64,000 nucleotides of DNA from a virus, in the IMG/VR virus record IMGVR_UViG_3300013005_000034, positions 9,652 through 73,651 of that record. The stretch is one strand, 5' to 3'. The notes below the pieces were generated by a model. That model saw nothing but the letters and a program-made list of their open reading frames with translations, made no database searches and was not told the origin of the DNA. Shown in pieces: positions 47,234-57,039 of the stretch. Numbering within the stretch: the stretch's first letter is position 1; each line of letters opens with the position of its first letter. A program made the position numbers and the translations under genes.

Positions 47234-47619
47234 TCGTATATTTTTGAAATTATTTCAAGAAATTTTTTGTTTTCTTCTTCCGTTCTATTTATTAGTGTCT
47301 TATAAATTATATCGTAAAAACTTTTAACATCTTCAAATTTCATTTTCTCGATGGTTTCTTTTTTATCAACTAATTTACTTAAATCATAACCAAACTGAAT
47401 AGGTTGTTCGAGATATTTAATCCCCTCAAAGAACTCATCAAGGTTATTTATGTTTTTGTACCTCTCTCTTAATTCATTTAACTTTTGTTCGTCTTTACTT
47501 TTATTTCTTTTATCAATAAAGTATTTTACAGCAAAATATCCTCCGACTAAAATTGTTGGAAGAACAACCCATGCTGTTACTTTTGTTGCCTTACTATTTA
47601 AAATATTTTTAAAGTTCAT
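47230..47619 (-). CDS. single-TM protein
   Basis: VVLPTILVGGYFAVKYF followed by a basic patch. Confidence 0.6.
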   Translation of the reverse strand: MNFKNILNSKATKVTAWVVLPTILVGGYFAVKYFIDKRNKSKDEQKLNELRERYKNINNLDEFFEGIKYLEQPIQFGYDLSKLVDKKETIEKMKFEDVKSFYDIIYKTLINRTEEENKKFLEIISKIYE

Positions 47620-48275
47620 TAAATTAAAATATCTAATAATCCGTTTGTACCTACTAATTTTGTTATATAAGCAGATGGCTCTTTAGGTAAAATTGAAACC
47701 AAATCCTCTACACTACCTTTATGATTAATAGTTTTTTTAGCTATTTTACCATAACGACCTGCATTATAAATTACTGCAACTTTATCTAAACGAGGAACTC
47801 CGTTTTCAGTAAACTCATCGGCTAATTGCTTAATTATTATACTACCTATCAGAATGTTTAATTCAGGATTAAATAATTCTTTTTTACCAATCCACGTTTT
47901 ACCTGTACTTTTTTGATTCTTTTTTAGTTTTTCAAGATTTTTCATCTTGCTACCTAAATGCTTTTTCAATATTTCTTCTTCATCGTTGCTTAATCTACCA
48001 CTTGATTTTTCGTAAACTAAGGCATCTGATGCTGTCGCCAAACCAACCTGCATAATCCCGATGGCATAAACAGTTTCAGCAGTTTCCTTTCCACCTGATT
48101 CAATGAAAATGAAACTTTTTATTATTTCATCATTCAATCCAGTAATTTTAGAAATATTATTAATTATTTTACCATACTTAGTTACTATGACATCTTCAAT
48201 TTTATCCTTAATCAAAGGAATTTGTTTAGCTTCATAGAATTTTAAAGTTGTTGCAGGTATTTTTAATTTTGCCAT
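47619..48275 (-). CDS. SLT-domain lytic transglycosylase
   Basis: IESGG, A.GIMQV, NI.IG and YNAG motifs. Confidence 0.82.
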   Translation of the reverse strand: MAKLKIPATTLKFYEAKQIPLIKDKIEDVIVTKYGKIINNISKITGLNDEIIKSFIFIESGGKETAETVYAIGIMQVGLATASDALVYEKSSGRLSNDEEEILKKHLGSKMKNLEKLKKNQKSTGKTWIGKKELFNPELNILIGSIIIKQLADEFTENGVPRLDKVAVIYNAGRYGKIAKKTINHKGSVEDLVSILPKEPSAYITKLVGTNGLLDILI

Positions 48276-48279
48276 GATT

Positions 48280-48444
48280 TTATTCTCTTACAAATTGTAT
48301 TTTACTTTGTTTTGATTCTGCTGTTACTTTATTTTCATCTATGTTAGGTTCATTTTTTGAAAATTTCTTATAAAGAAAATATCCTCCTACCGCAAGTGCT
48401 AAACCACCCACAACATATAAAATAGTTTTTGTTGTATTGTTCAT
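48280..48444 (-). CDS. small single-TM protein
   Basis: 54-aa ORF not in track; ILYVVGGLALAVGGYFLYKKF. Confidence 0.55.
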   Translation of the reverse strand: MNNTTKTILYVVGGLALAVGGYFLYKKFSKNEPNIDENKVTAESKQSKIQFVRE

Positions 48445-48447
48445 AAT

Positions 48448-48972
48448 TTAAACTAATTGATTACTTAATGTGTTTTTTATTGGATTCGCTAAAGGACTTT
48501 TTGTCAAATCTACAACTTCTTTTATAACTTTAAACTCTACTCTCCTATTTTTTTCTCTACCTTCTTCGGTTGAATTATCTGCAATAGGTTTTGTACTACC
48601 AAATCCATCTGCTTCAATTCTTGTAGGTTTTATACCTTTATCTTCTAAATATTTCTTAACAGAGTTTGCTCTTGCTTTAGATAGCTTTAAATTATAATCA
48701 GCCGAACCTTTATTATCAGTATGACCTTCTAATTTTAAATTCCACTCTTTTTCTCTTAAAACATTTACTATTTCATCTAAAAAAGGAAATGAACTCGGTT
48801 TGATAACATCTTTGTTAAATTCAAACTGCAAATTATCATAAGCATCTTTGAAAACTTTTTCAGGACTTAAATTAGGTTTTGGTTTTGGCTTTCTTCTAAA
48901 TGCTAAATACAACCCAAACGCTAAAGCAACTACTACTGCTCCCCCAATAATTAATTTATTCTTATTATTCAT
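48448..48972 (-). CDS. TM-anchored OmpA-family peptidoglycan-binding protein
   Basis: EGHTDN.G...YN..LS..RA.SV and GFG...P...N....GR.KNRRVE motifs. Confidence 0.88.
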   Translation of the reverse strand: MNNKNKLIIGGAVVVALAFGLYLAFRRKPKPKPNLSPEKVFKDAYDNLQFEFNKDVIKPSSFPFLDEIVNVLREKEWNLKLEGHTDNKGSADYNLKLSKARANSVKKYLEDKGIKPTRIEADGFGSTKPIADNSTEEGREKNRRVEFKVIKEVVDLTKSPLANPIKNTLSNQLV

Positions 48973-49415
48973 TTTTTACTTTTTAATATAAACAATCCTA
49001 CCGTTACACCTAATAATAATCCACCTAAACTATACATTATTTTATTCTTTCCAAATCTTTCAGCAACAAAATAAGCTAATATTCCACCGCCTAAACCTGT
49101 AATACTTGGTATTGTGTAATTATTTTTTTTATCTCCCTCAATACTTGAAGTTTTTTCAAAATATTGTTTAAAGTTTTCTTTTGCTCCCGAATAAATTTTT
49201 TGCTCTTTATTTGTGTTTGCAAATTTAATTACACGAAAACGATATATTATTTGATTTCCCTTTTTAACTTTCTGAATAACATAAATAGCATCTCCCTCAT
49301 TGAGAACGCCATCAGTATTCCCATTAGGGAGTAAAAGTTCAAGTTTTTTTACAACTTCATAAACTTTTTTCCTCCCTTTACGAATTACTTCATTATCGGA
49401 AAAGTTAGAATACAT
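48969..49415 (-). CDS. membrane protein with two C-terminal TM helices
   Basis: Gly-rich hydrophobic helices. Confidence 0.6.
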   Translation of the reverse strand: MYSNFSDNEVIRKGRKKVYEVVKKLELLLPNGNTDGVLNEGDAIYVIQKVKKGNQIIYRFRVIKFANTNKEQKIYSGAKENFKQYFEKTSSIEGDKKNNYTIPSITGLGGGILAYFVAERFGKNKIMYSLGGLLLGVTVGLFILKSKK

Positions 49416-49416
49416 T

Positions 49417-50067
49417 TTATATTGCAGTTATTACATCAGCCCAATTAACCCAAAATTCAAACATAGCCTTATCGTTTATATCTTTAGGATAAGAAGATAT
49501 GTTTTTAAATTTTGCTACAATTTTATTTTTTAATGGGTCTTTCTTTAAATCAATTAAAACGCCAACATATTGACCTTGTTCAAAATTGCCTCTACCATCT
49601 CCGCCACCTTTAATATAAGGCTTTGTAGTGTATTCTGATGTAAAAGAATTTATTAATTTTTTAGCAATAAATCTTTTATCTTTGTATTTTGATAATTCAT
49701 TTGGCAAATTAATCTGTTCTGCTAATTTTTTAACATCATCTTTATAAGCAGAGCCAAATTCTTTATAAGCTGCTCTAATTGTTGAGTTATCAGGTTTACC
49801 TATTGGGTCTAATTTATCTCCATTAAAACGCCAGTCAGGATAATTTTTATTCATCCATACACGAAAAGCATCTCCTTGTTCTTGGTTAAATCCTGTTGAA
49901 TCATAAGAAGTTGTTGAAGTTGTTGTAGTTGTTTCATTTGTGCCTTTTCCTTCTTCTTCTTTTTTTGGCTCATTAGTAAGTTTATTTTTATTTCTCATCC
50001 ACCAAAATACACCACCGCCTATTAATAATGCCGATGCAATTCCAATCCAAATTACTTTTTTGTTCAT
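49417..50067 (-). CDS. single-TM protein
   Basis: Likely start MNKKVIWIG; GDAFR.W.N..YP motif. Confidence 0.6.
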   Translation of the reverse strand: MNKKVIWIGIASALLIGGGVFWWMRNKNKLTNEPKKEEEGKGTNETTTTTSTTSYDSTGFNQEQGDAFRVWMNKNYPDWRFNGDKLDPIGKPDNSTIRAAYKEFGSAYKDDVKKLAEQINLPNELSKYKDKRFIAKKLINSFTSEYTTKPYIKGGGDGRGNFEQGQYVGVLIDLKKDPLKNKIVAKFKNISSYPKDINDKAMFEFWVNWADVITAI

Positions 50068-50086
50068 TTTGCTATATTTTAATAAA

Positions 50087-50275
50087 TTATTCTTGAATTT
50101 TTTGCATAGCTTCCTTAAAAGCATAAATCGCAATTAGAGTTGTTAATGCACCAACTGCAATTACACCTGCGCTTTTGCCTTTAACTCCATTGATTAAAGC
50201 ATTAATTCCACCATAACCAACTACTAAACTTCCTACGATTACAGTTGCATCTGTTACTTTTCCTAAAGTTCTCAT
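50087..50275 (-). CDS. small two-TM protein
   Basis: Two hydrophobic helices. Confidence 0.55.
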   Translation of the reverse strand: MRTLGKVTDATVIVGSLVVGYGGINALINGVKGKSAGVIAVGALTTLIAIYAFKEAMQKIQE

Positions 50276-50305
50276 TTTGTTTTTATTTTATTTGTTTTTT
50301 ATTTA

Positions 50306-50809
50306 TTAAAGCGTTATTCCAATTTTCTTCAAATGCTCTCTTAAAACTTTACCAGTAGTTAAATAATCTGTTTGTTCTTTTAACAATTCAGGTAGAGGAT
50401 ATTTTTCACTAATTTGCCCAAAAGAACCACAATAACTAATATCTCTAACATCAAATTCTTTAACTAAATAATACCAATCAATAGGAGCTTTTACTAATTT
50501 GATTATTGAACTTACAACCATTGCTTCGGTAGTTATTGCCTCACATCCATCAAATTGTTTTTGTATGTAATTTGCTAATGAACTATATGCTGAAATATTG
50601 CTATCACTAAGTTTTTTACCTTCTTTTTTCAATTTTTCATACATAGATTTAGCATCTTTAACGGTAGCTTTTACCTCTTGCGTTTCTTCAATGTCTTTTA
50701 TTTTTCTATAAATTTTATAACCAATAAAACCTATACCACCTACAATTACTACTGCTATTGTACCTTTTGCCCATTGAGGCAATTGAGTGAAATATTCTCC
50801 TGTTTTCAT
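50306..50809 (-). CDS. single-TM protein
   Basis: LP.WAKG.IAV...GG..F.GYK. Confidence 0.6.
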   Translation of the reverse strand: MKTGEYFTQLPQWAKGTIAVVIVGGIGFIGYKIYRKIKDIEETQEVKATVKDAKSMYEKLKKEGKKLSDSNISAYSSLANYIQKQFDGCEAITTEAMVVSSIIKLVKAPIDWYYLVKEFDVRDISYCGSFGQISEKYPLPELLKEQTDYLTTGKVLREHLKKIGITL

Positions 50810-50810
50810 A

Positions 50811-51170
50811 TTAAATTATTGCCTTGTTTAAATTTTCCCAAATAGAATTACCCTCAATAGTATTTCCTTCGTCAATAATTAGTTTCTTTCCACCATCAAG
50901 ATAAGTTCCTTTTTTTAAATATCCAGTTATTCCTTTTGTAGTAATAGAAAATCTATTATTATTGAAAAAAGCAGCTTGATTTTTACCGTTATTAAAATCA
51001 ACCATAACTGTATCTTTAGCTGAATTAATCAGTTTTGCTCCCCCTAAATTATCTGCAACATCATCAAAGTTTTTCTTATCAGAATTTCTATATATTAAAA
51101 AATAATAAACTGCACCTATTAATCCTAATGTCGCTGCAACTGCGATTATCCCTTTTGTATTTTTATTCAT
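50811..51170 (-). CDS. single-TM protein
   Basis: N-terminal TM. Confidence 0.6.
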   Translation of the reverse strand: MNKNTKGIIAVAATLGLIGAVYYFLIYRNSDKKNFDDVADNLGGAKLINSAKDTVMVDFNNGKNQAAFFNNNRFSITTKGITGYLKKGTYLDGGKKLIIDEGNTIEGNSIWENLNKAII

Positions 51171-51597
51171 GACCTTTTTGTTCTAATTTATAATAAGGCT
51201 TCAAAAAGCATTTAACATATTTTTTTCCACTTATGAAGTCATAAGGATATTTAGGCTCACGACCTAAAGCTATTCTCATATCTTCCATGCTCATTTCAAC
51301 TACCGTTTCGCCTCCATGCTCAAATTTCTTTTTTAAATTATCGTCAGAATGTTTTTTATCATCTCTTGATTCGTGATAAATTTGTTTTACATCATCAGGA
51401 TAATTCCCATCACTATCTTTTTTAAATTTTTCAATTTCAGATTTCAATGGTCTTTTAAATCTTAATTTTTTACCTTTTTTGTTTAAAGTTCCATCTTTTT
51501 TAGTAAGAGCATCAATTCCATCTGTTTTGAAACGATAACCAGTTGGTTTTGCTTTTACTGCCTTATCTTTAGCACTTGCTTTTTTCTTCTTTGCCAT
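51163..51597 (-). CDS. basic protein with FEHGG linker and shared C-terminal tag
   Basis: Lys-rich N-terminus; C-terminus LGREPKYPY..I.G....KCFLKPYYKL. Confidence 0.7.
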   Translation of the reverse strand: MAKKKKASAKDKAVKAKPTGYRFKTDGIDALTKKDGTLNKKGKKLRFKRPLKSEIEKFKKDSDGNYPDDVKQIYHESRDDKKHSDDNLKKKFEHGGETVVEMSMEDMRIALGREPKYPYDFISGKKYVKCFLKPYYKLEQKGHE

Positions 51598-51619
51598 TTT
51601 TATTTTGGGTTTTTGAAAA

Positions 51620-53791
51620 TTAAATTTTATAAAAATTTCTTAAATATGCTTTTTCTAAAACTAAACTACCTATAACTTGTTTTGGATAGTTTGGTTCATG
51701 TCCTAATATTTTTGTTAATTTACATATACAGATTTCGCCATTCTGTAAATTTTCACGAACTAACATTTCAGCAGATTTAGAAAATTCTTTTGATGCTGAT
51801 TTTAAATCATCTTGGTATTCGATTCCACCGCCTGTTTCTTTGTAGTATTCTTTAGGTTTAACTTCATAGTGTAATTTTAAATTTGGTTTATTTAATTTTA
51901 CAGACAATATTTCCCTTTCTTTAATAGCTTCATAAGGTGTATTATGTATTGAAATAATTTTATTTGTTTTATTATCTATAACGTATGATATTGATGGCTT
52001 ATATAACTGCCAACTTTCATCGTACTTTGCGTTGGGATTTCCAATAAACGTATCGCCTACTTTATAATTCCCAACCCCACCGCCATTGGCGTATCTTTTA
52101 GGAATTGTATCAAAATAATCTTGCATATAAGTTGCCATTCCATCTATGTAATATTCAAAACTATTATATCCATTTTTTTCTAATTTTGATATTTTAGAAT
52201 AACCTCTTTTTATGCTTTTTGCAAATTCTTCTGCTTCTTTTAAATTATCTGTCCAAAAAGATTTTGATTTAGGGTTGTTTTCTAATTCATTTACATAACC
52301 TACCTGATATTTACTTATACCATGACCAACCCCACCGCCATTGGCGTATTCCATAACTTCTGGAAATAAATCTAATCCTTTTTTTGTAAATTTCCATTTT
52401 GAAGTGTCAATATCTTCAATAGTATTCGCTTTTATTGTATTCCATCTATTCCCTAATACATCAACAATATTAATGTAAAATTTTCCCGTTTTTGGTTCAA
52501 AGTAGTAACTATTATCTTTATATTCAGCTATTAAAATTTTACTTTCAACCCCACCGCCATTTTTAAATCTCTTTAATTTCCAATTATAAAATTCATCTAA
52601 TATGTATTTTTCAGCATTTTCCCAATCTTCGGGTACATTTTGTCCCCATTCAATTTCGTCATTCATCCTACTTGATGATGGTGCTTCAATAATATAACCA
52701 TCATAATCAAGAATTGATGCGCCTTCGCTATCTTCTGTTTCAAAAGAGAAATCATAACGACCAAGCCTTCTATCCGTATTGTCAGAAAAATCAATATTTT
52801 TAATTATTTCCTTGTTTGACAAAACCATTCCTCCCATTTCATATCCATTATCGGCAAGGCTATAATAATTATCTGAATTTGGAACTATTATCATGCTATC
52901 TAAAACGGTTACATTAAACATTTTTAATGCAGTTTTAACTTGTTGATATAATTTAATATCTGCTTCGCTCGGTCTATTATTTCCGCTTGGATGATTGTGT
53001 GCTAAAATTACACCTTTAGATAATGTTTTTAAAGCTAAAGCACCAATCATTTCAACATCAACTAAAGTAGAATTAATTGCGCCTTTTGTATGTTCATAAT
53101 ATCCTATTGGCTCATTTGCATTGTTTAAAAACAATACGTTCAATTCTTCACGAACATTTATGCTTTCTTTATTCCAAAGTTGTTTAAAAATTTCGTAAGC
53201 ATCTCTTGAACTACCAATTTTTGTTTTTTCAATGCCAAAATCTTGACGAACAAGTGTAATATCAATAAGTGCAATATCAATTTCGCTAATCTTTTGATTA
53301 TTAGGCTCATTTATAACAATAGGAGTTTCTGAACTTAAATCAGGATATTTCATTATTCCGCCAGTAGCAAATTTTTTTTGACTTGCTCTATTGCCAATTT
53401 TATAATCTAAATGATGATATAAGTTATCAATATCATTAGCTGATATAGCTAATTTATTCTCTTGCCATGACATTAACTTAGAACCGCCTTTAATCATTTC
53501 AATTAACTTGTTAGCGTATTTTGAAATTGATAAAAGTTGTTTTTTAAATATCATTCCTCCCTCATCAAATTTTTCCCAGCCCTCTAATGAGTGTGCAACA
53601 TCGGAAACATTTTGTTCAATACGAGTAAGTTTCATCTTTACCCATTCTTCTAAATTACTTTCTTCGGTTACGATAATATCTAATTTAACAGCATACTCAT
53701 AAATCATATCAAGATTTATTAATGCCATTTTTTTATCAAAATCAAATACATCAAAAACTCCACCTAAATCGTATTTATCCCAATGTTTCAT
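51620..53791 (-). CDS. multidomain putative polyprotein containing a RadC-like JAB domain
   Basis: EE..VLFLN...HNHPSG...PS.AD...VLD; eight GG linkers; shared C-terminal tag. Confidence 0.78.
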   Translation of the reverse strand: MKHWDKYDLGGVFDVFDFDKKMALINLDMIYEYAVKLDIIVTEESNLEEWVKMKLTRIEQNVSDVAHSLEGWEKFDEGGMIFKKQLLSISKYANKLIEMIKGGSKLMSWQENKLAISANDIDNLYHHLDYKIGNRASQKKFATGGIMKYPDLSSETPIVINEPNNQKISEIDIALIDITLVRQDFGIEKTKIGSSRDAYEIFKQLWNKESINVREELNVLFLNNANEPIGYYEHTKGAINSTLVDVEMIGALALKTLSKGVILAHNHPSGNNRPSEADIKLYQQVKTALKMFNVTVLDSMIIVPNSDNYYSLADNGYEMGGMVLSNKEIIKNIDFSDNTDRRLGRYDFSFETEDSEGASILDYDGYIIEAPSSSRMNDEIEWGQNVPEDWENAEKYILDEFYNWKLKRFKNGGGVESKILIAEYKDNSYYFEPKTGKFYINIVDVLGNRWNTIKANTIEDIDTSKWKFTKKGLDLFPEVMEYANGGGVGHGISKYQVGYVNELENNPKSKSFWTDNLKEAEEFAKSIKRGYSKISKLEKNGYNSFEYYIDGMATYMQDYFDTIPKRYANGGGVGNYKVGDTFIGNPNAKYDESWQLYKPSISYVIDNKTNKIISIHNTPYEAIKEREILSVKLNKPNLKLHYEVKPKEYYKETGGGIEYQDDLKSASKEFSKSAEMLVRENLQNGEICICKLTKILGHEPNYPKQVIGSLVLEKAYLRNFYKI

Positions 53792-53821
53792 TATTTTATT
53801 TTTTTTTTAATCTTACGTTTT

Positions 53822-54736
53822 TCATTTATTTTTTATATTTTCCCAATAAAGTTTTCTTACATCACTCATAATTTTTTTTGTTGCTTCGCTATGTTTTTTT
53901 CCAAAAAATGTATTTTTCTTATTAGATAATCTCAATTTTGCCATTTCACTTAATTTCTTTTTAGTTTCATCTGTCATAAATATTTTTCTTCCAGAAATTC
54001 TTTTTTTAATGTGTTCTGGAGATTGTTTTTTTCCTAATTTTGACAATCTCATATTTATTTTAGCCTGTTCGCTCATGGGCTTTTTCATATTTATAGTTTG
54101 AGCCTCTGTCATTTTTTTTCCTTTATTCCATGGTGTTTTTCCCTTTAGTGATTCGCTTATTTTTTTCTTACATTCATCACTTAAATTAATACCCCTTAAT
54201 TTACTTGGCTTACCAATTTTTGATAAACTCATTTTTAATATTGATTCTTTAGAATGATGTTTTCCAGTTATAAAAGGTTTAACCCCTTTTTTAGACAAAC
54301 TCATTTTTAATCTTGATTCTTTACTCTTTTTTTTACCTAATGAAGATAATCTCATTTTTAATTTTGATTCTTCACTATGTTTTCCGTTAGCACCACCACA
54401 TTCTCTTAAATTTAAACCAAACTCTCTATCAGTTGATTTATATATATTTGAATAATATATTTCTAAATAATTTAATTCTTCTTCTTTACAAATATGTATT
54501 ATTTCAAACTTATGATTCTCTATGCCATATTTTAATAAAGAATTATATAAATAAATTTGTTTTTTACAATGTAATTTTTTATAAATATAAAATCTACTAT
54601 ATAAATCATTAGATTGACCTATATAAACTTTATTGCTTGGAGATGTAATTTTATAAATACCAATCAACGCATTTTCTATATCTTTATTACAAGATATAGA
54701 AGATATATCAACAATGGTATTTTGTATTTTTTTCAT
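53822..54736 (-). CDS. GIY-YIG homing endonuclease with NUMOD3 repeats
   Basis: GIYKITSPS.KVYIGQS; HSEE(S/T)K.KM repeats; likely start ATG 54736. Confidence 0.88.
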   Translation of the reverse strand: MKKIQNTIVDISSISCNKDIENALIGIYKITSPSNKVYIGQSNDLYSRFYIYKKLHCKKQIYLYNSLLKYGIENHKFEIIHICKEEELNYLEIYYSNIYKSTDREFGLNLRECGGANGKHSEESKLKMRLSSLGKKKSKESRLKMSLSKKGVKPFITGKHHSKESILKMSLSKIGKPSKLRGINLSDECKKKISESLKGKTPWNKGKKMTEAQTINMKKPMSEQAKINMRLSKLGKKQSPEHIKKRISGRKIFMTDETKKKLSEMAKLRLSNKKNTFFGKKHSEATKKIMSDVRKLYWENIKNK

Positions 54737-54737
54737 A

Positions 54738-54887
54738 TTACAATTTCCCTTGTTTGCGTAAAACCTCACAAGCCTTCTTAACCGCATCTGAATATTTTTT
54801 CACTTTGCCTGTCGCCCAAATTGCTTTTGCTTCTTTTTGAATCATTTCCATTCTCGATTTGTTTGCGTTTTTTGTTGATTTTGCCAT
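54738..54887 (-). CDS. small basic protein (possible DNA-binding core protein)
   Basis: 49-aa ORF not in track: MAKSTKNANKSRMEMIQKEAKAIWATGKVKKYSDAVKKACEVLRKQGKL. Confidence 0.6.
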   Translation of the reverse strand: MAKSTKNANKSRMEMIQKEAKAIWATGKVKKYSDAVKKACEVLRKQGKL

Positions 54888-54976
54888 GATTTTTTGTTTT
54901 GGTTGTAAATTTAACTAATTAACTACTATTTATTTAATTTAAAAACAATTTTATTTTTAAACATTCTTTCTAACAA

Positions 54977-55759
54977 TCAAGAGTTAGTGTACTCTTTTAG
55001 AATAGAAAAATCAAAAGGTTTTACCGCTAATTCTTTTTGCCCCTTAAACATATTTTGCTTAAATGGACTTCCTACTGTATAATCATTCAATACTAAATCT
55101 TTTTCACTCCACTTTCTTAACTTGTTAGGACAAACACATGGAGCAGATGATAACATATTTGATTTGTCTATTTGCTTGTAAATTAACAATAAACCTATTT
55201 CTGAATTTGCTTCTACAAAAAATTGCCTAAACCATTGATTAACTCCTAAAATACAATTAGCAGTATCAAAATTAACTTGCCCTATCCAATTTTGAAATTG
55301 ATTTACTCCTATTGATAAACTCGGAAATACTGGAAATATTCTTCTATTACCATTTGCATCTTTGTATAAATGCTGAATTACTTGATTTAAGTTTGATTGA
55401 TTTTTAGAATAAAAATAAATTCTTCTTACCCAAGCAGGAGAATATACAAAATCTCTTACTGTTTCGTTATAATCTTCACTACCGCCAATCCAAAAAACAG
55501 GCGTTATAGGTGGAGGCAAAGGAGTAGGAGGAATTGGACTTCCTGAAACAATAGGTGGCTGAATATATCCATTAGGAGTATTTGGAACATTATATTGCTC
55601 CACAACAAAAGGCTGAAATAAATCAAAATATACATCTGAACTTGTTGGGTTGTTAATAGTGAAAAGCATTTCATCGTAATCACCATCTAAACCGTATTTT
55701 TCAGCTACACTTTTTTTTATTTTAACCTTTTCAATTTCAGGCTGCCAACAAGATTCCAC
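54977..55759 (-). CDS. putative structural beta-sandwich protein, paralog of the 45686-47233 scaffold
   Basis: Shared IGGS..YN..VRD..Y.P..V, KDANG and LS..VNQFQ motifs. Confidence 0.65.
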   Translation of the reverse strand: MESCWQPEIEKVKIKKSVAEKYGLDGDYDEMLFTINNPTSSDVYFDLFQPFVVEQYNVPNTPNGYIQPPIVSGSPIPPTPLPPPITPVFWIGGSEDYNETVRDFVYSPAWVRRIYFYSKNQSNLNQVIQHLYKDANGNRRIFPVFPSLSIGVNQFQNWIGQVNFDTANCILGVNQWFRQFFVEANSEIGLLLIYKQIDKSNMLSSAPCVCPNKLRKWSEKDLVLNDYTVGSPFKQNMFKGQKELAVKPFDFSILKEYTNS

Positions 55760-55760
55760 A

Positions 55761-56591
55761 TTATTTTTTTAGTGATTGAGATGTCATTGTCTTATTTTCC
55801 AATTCCCCTGATTCAAATTTTTTCATAAAGTCATCCAAAATCAAATATCTTTTTTTATTTAATTCGTTATTAGCACCTTTAAATACTTTTAGAAAAGCAT
55901 ATTGTGCCTCTATCATTGGATAGCCTAAAGATAAATAAATGTTTAGAGCATTAATATCAGCAGAAACTTCATCGCTAATTTCTCTGCCTATTTTTGGATT
56001 CATGTATTTATGAGAAAATTCATGTAATAAAATAACTAACCTCATAGGAATACTATATTTTTCAAAATCTGATTTTGAAATTTCAATAATACCAGTATTA
56101 TGTCCTATTCTTGCAGGTGTTGAAACATACTCTCCCGTTTTTCTATTTCTAATTTTGTTATAATAGTCAATGCAAAACTTACCATCATTAGAGCGATATA
56201 TACTTGGTTTTCTATCTCCTGCCGAAATAACACTTGCATTTGCGGAAAATTCTTTTGCAAATTTCACGAAGTTATGAATGTCTTTATCCGCCCAAAGAGG
56301 GTATGTTTTTAATTCTTGTGCATCAAATTTAACAATTGAAAAAGATTTATCCTCATCATTTGGAGTATTTCCTTTTTTAGTATTGAAAATTGAAAAAACT
56401 AATAATCTTGGTGTTTGAGGGAATTTTAATTCATATTCCTGATAACCATTTACTGTTCCTTTTCTACTTATATAATAAGTATTTGGCTTACTAAAATCTT
56501 TTGCAACAACACTAATTTCTTCGGGAGATTTTGTTTCTATTCCTAAAATTATAGTAAAAGGCAATCCATTACTCGGTATAGTAAAATTCAT
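55761..56591 (-). CDS. zincin-like metalloprotease
   Basis: LLHEFSH (HExxH) plus downstream E..AD. Confidence 0.7.
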   Translation of the reverse strand: MNFTIPSNGLPFTIILGIETKSPEEISVVAKDFSKPNTYYISRKGTVNGYQEYELKFPQTPRLLVFSIFNTKKGNTPNDEDKSFSIVKFDAQELKTYPLWADKDIHNFVKFAKEFSANASVISAGDRKPSIYRSNDGKFCIDYYNKIRNRKTGEYVSTPARIGHNTGIIEISKSDFEKYSIPMRLVILLHEFSHKYMNPKIGREISDEVSADINALNIYLSLGYPMIEAQYAFLKVFKGANNELNKKRYLILDDFMKKFESGELENKTMTSQSLKK

Positions 56592-56595
56592 TTTT

Positions 56596-57039
56596 TTATT
56601 TTCTTAATTTTTTAACTAAAAATATACCACCAACAACTAAAGCTAAACCACCAACAATTGCTACTGTAATTCCAACTGCTTTAGGCATACCTAAGAATTT
56701 ATCACTAACTTGAATGTTTTCAGTTGGTATTTCTTCTTTTTTTCCCAATTCTGCTTTTTGTTTTTCCAACTCTGATTTTTGTCTTTCTAATTCAGAGTTA
56801 GATTCTCTATCTTTTGATTTTTCCAAATCATATTTTTCTTGTACTTTTCTTGAACAATCTTCCCATTTTGTTTTTTTAGATTTTGAAAACCAAATCTTTC
56901 TTTTCTTTCCACAATTAAATTGTATTAATCTTGCAACTTCATCTTTTCTACTGTCTTTTTTAGCAGAAGATTCAGCAATTTTACCTACTCCTTTTGAAGC
57001 AAATCCAACACCCCTTGATATTAGTCCTACAATTGCCAT
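56596..57039 (-). CDS. C-terminally anchored membrane protein (KFLGMPKA family)
   Basis: 35-aa anchor DKFLGMPKAVGITVAIVGGLALVVGGIFLVKKLRK. Confidence 0.72.
   Translation of the reverse strand: MAIVGLISRGVGFASKGVGKIAESSAKKDSRKDEVARLIQFNCGKKRKIWFSKSKKTKWEDCSRKVQEKYDLEKSKDRESNSELERQKSELEKQKAELGKKEEIPTENIQVSDKFLGMPKAVGITVAIVGGLALVVGGIFLVKKLRK

Noticed and set aside
53822-54787. Group I intron around the GIY-YIG genes (also 11523-12335)
   Set aside because: Flanking genes have their own starts and stops and there is no room for a ribozyme core; the track's start at 54787 overlaps the small basic gene
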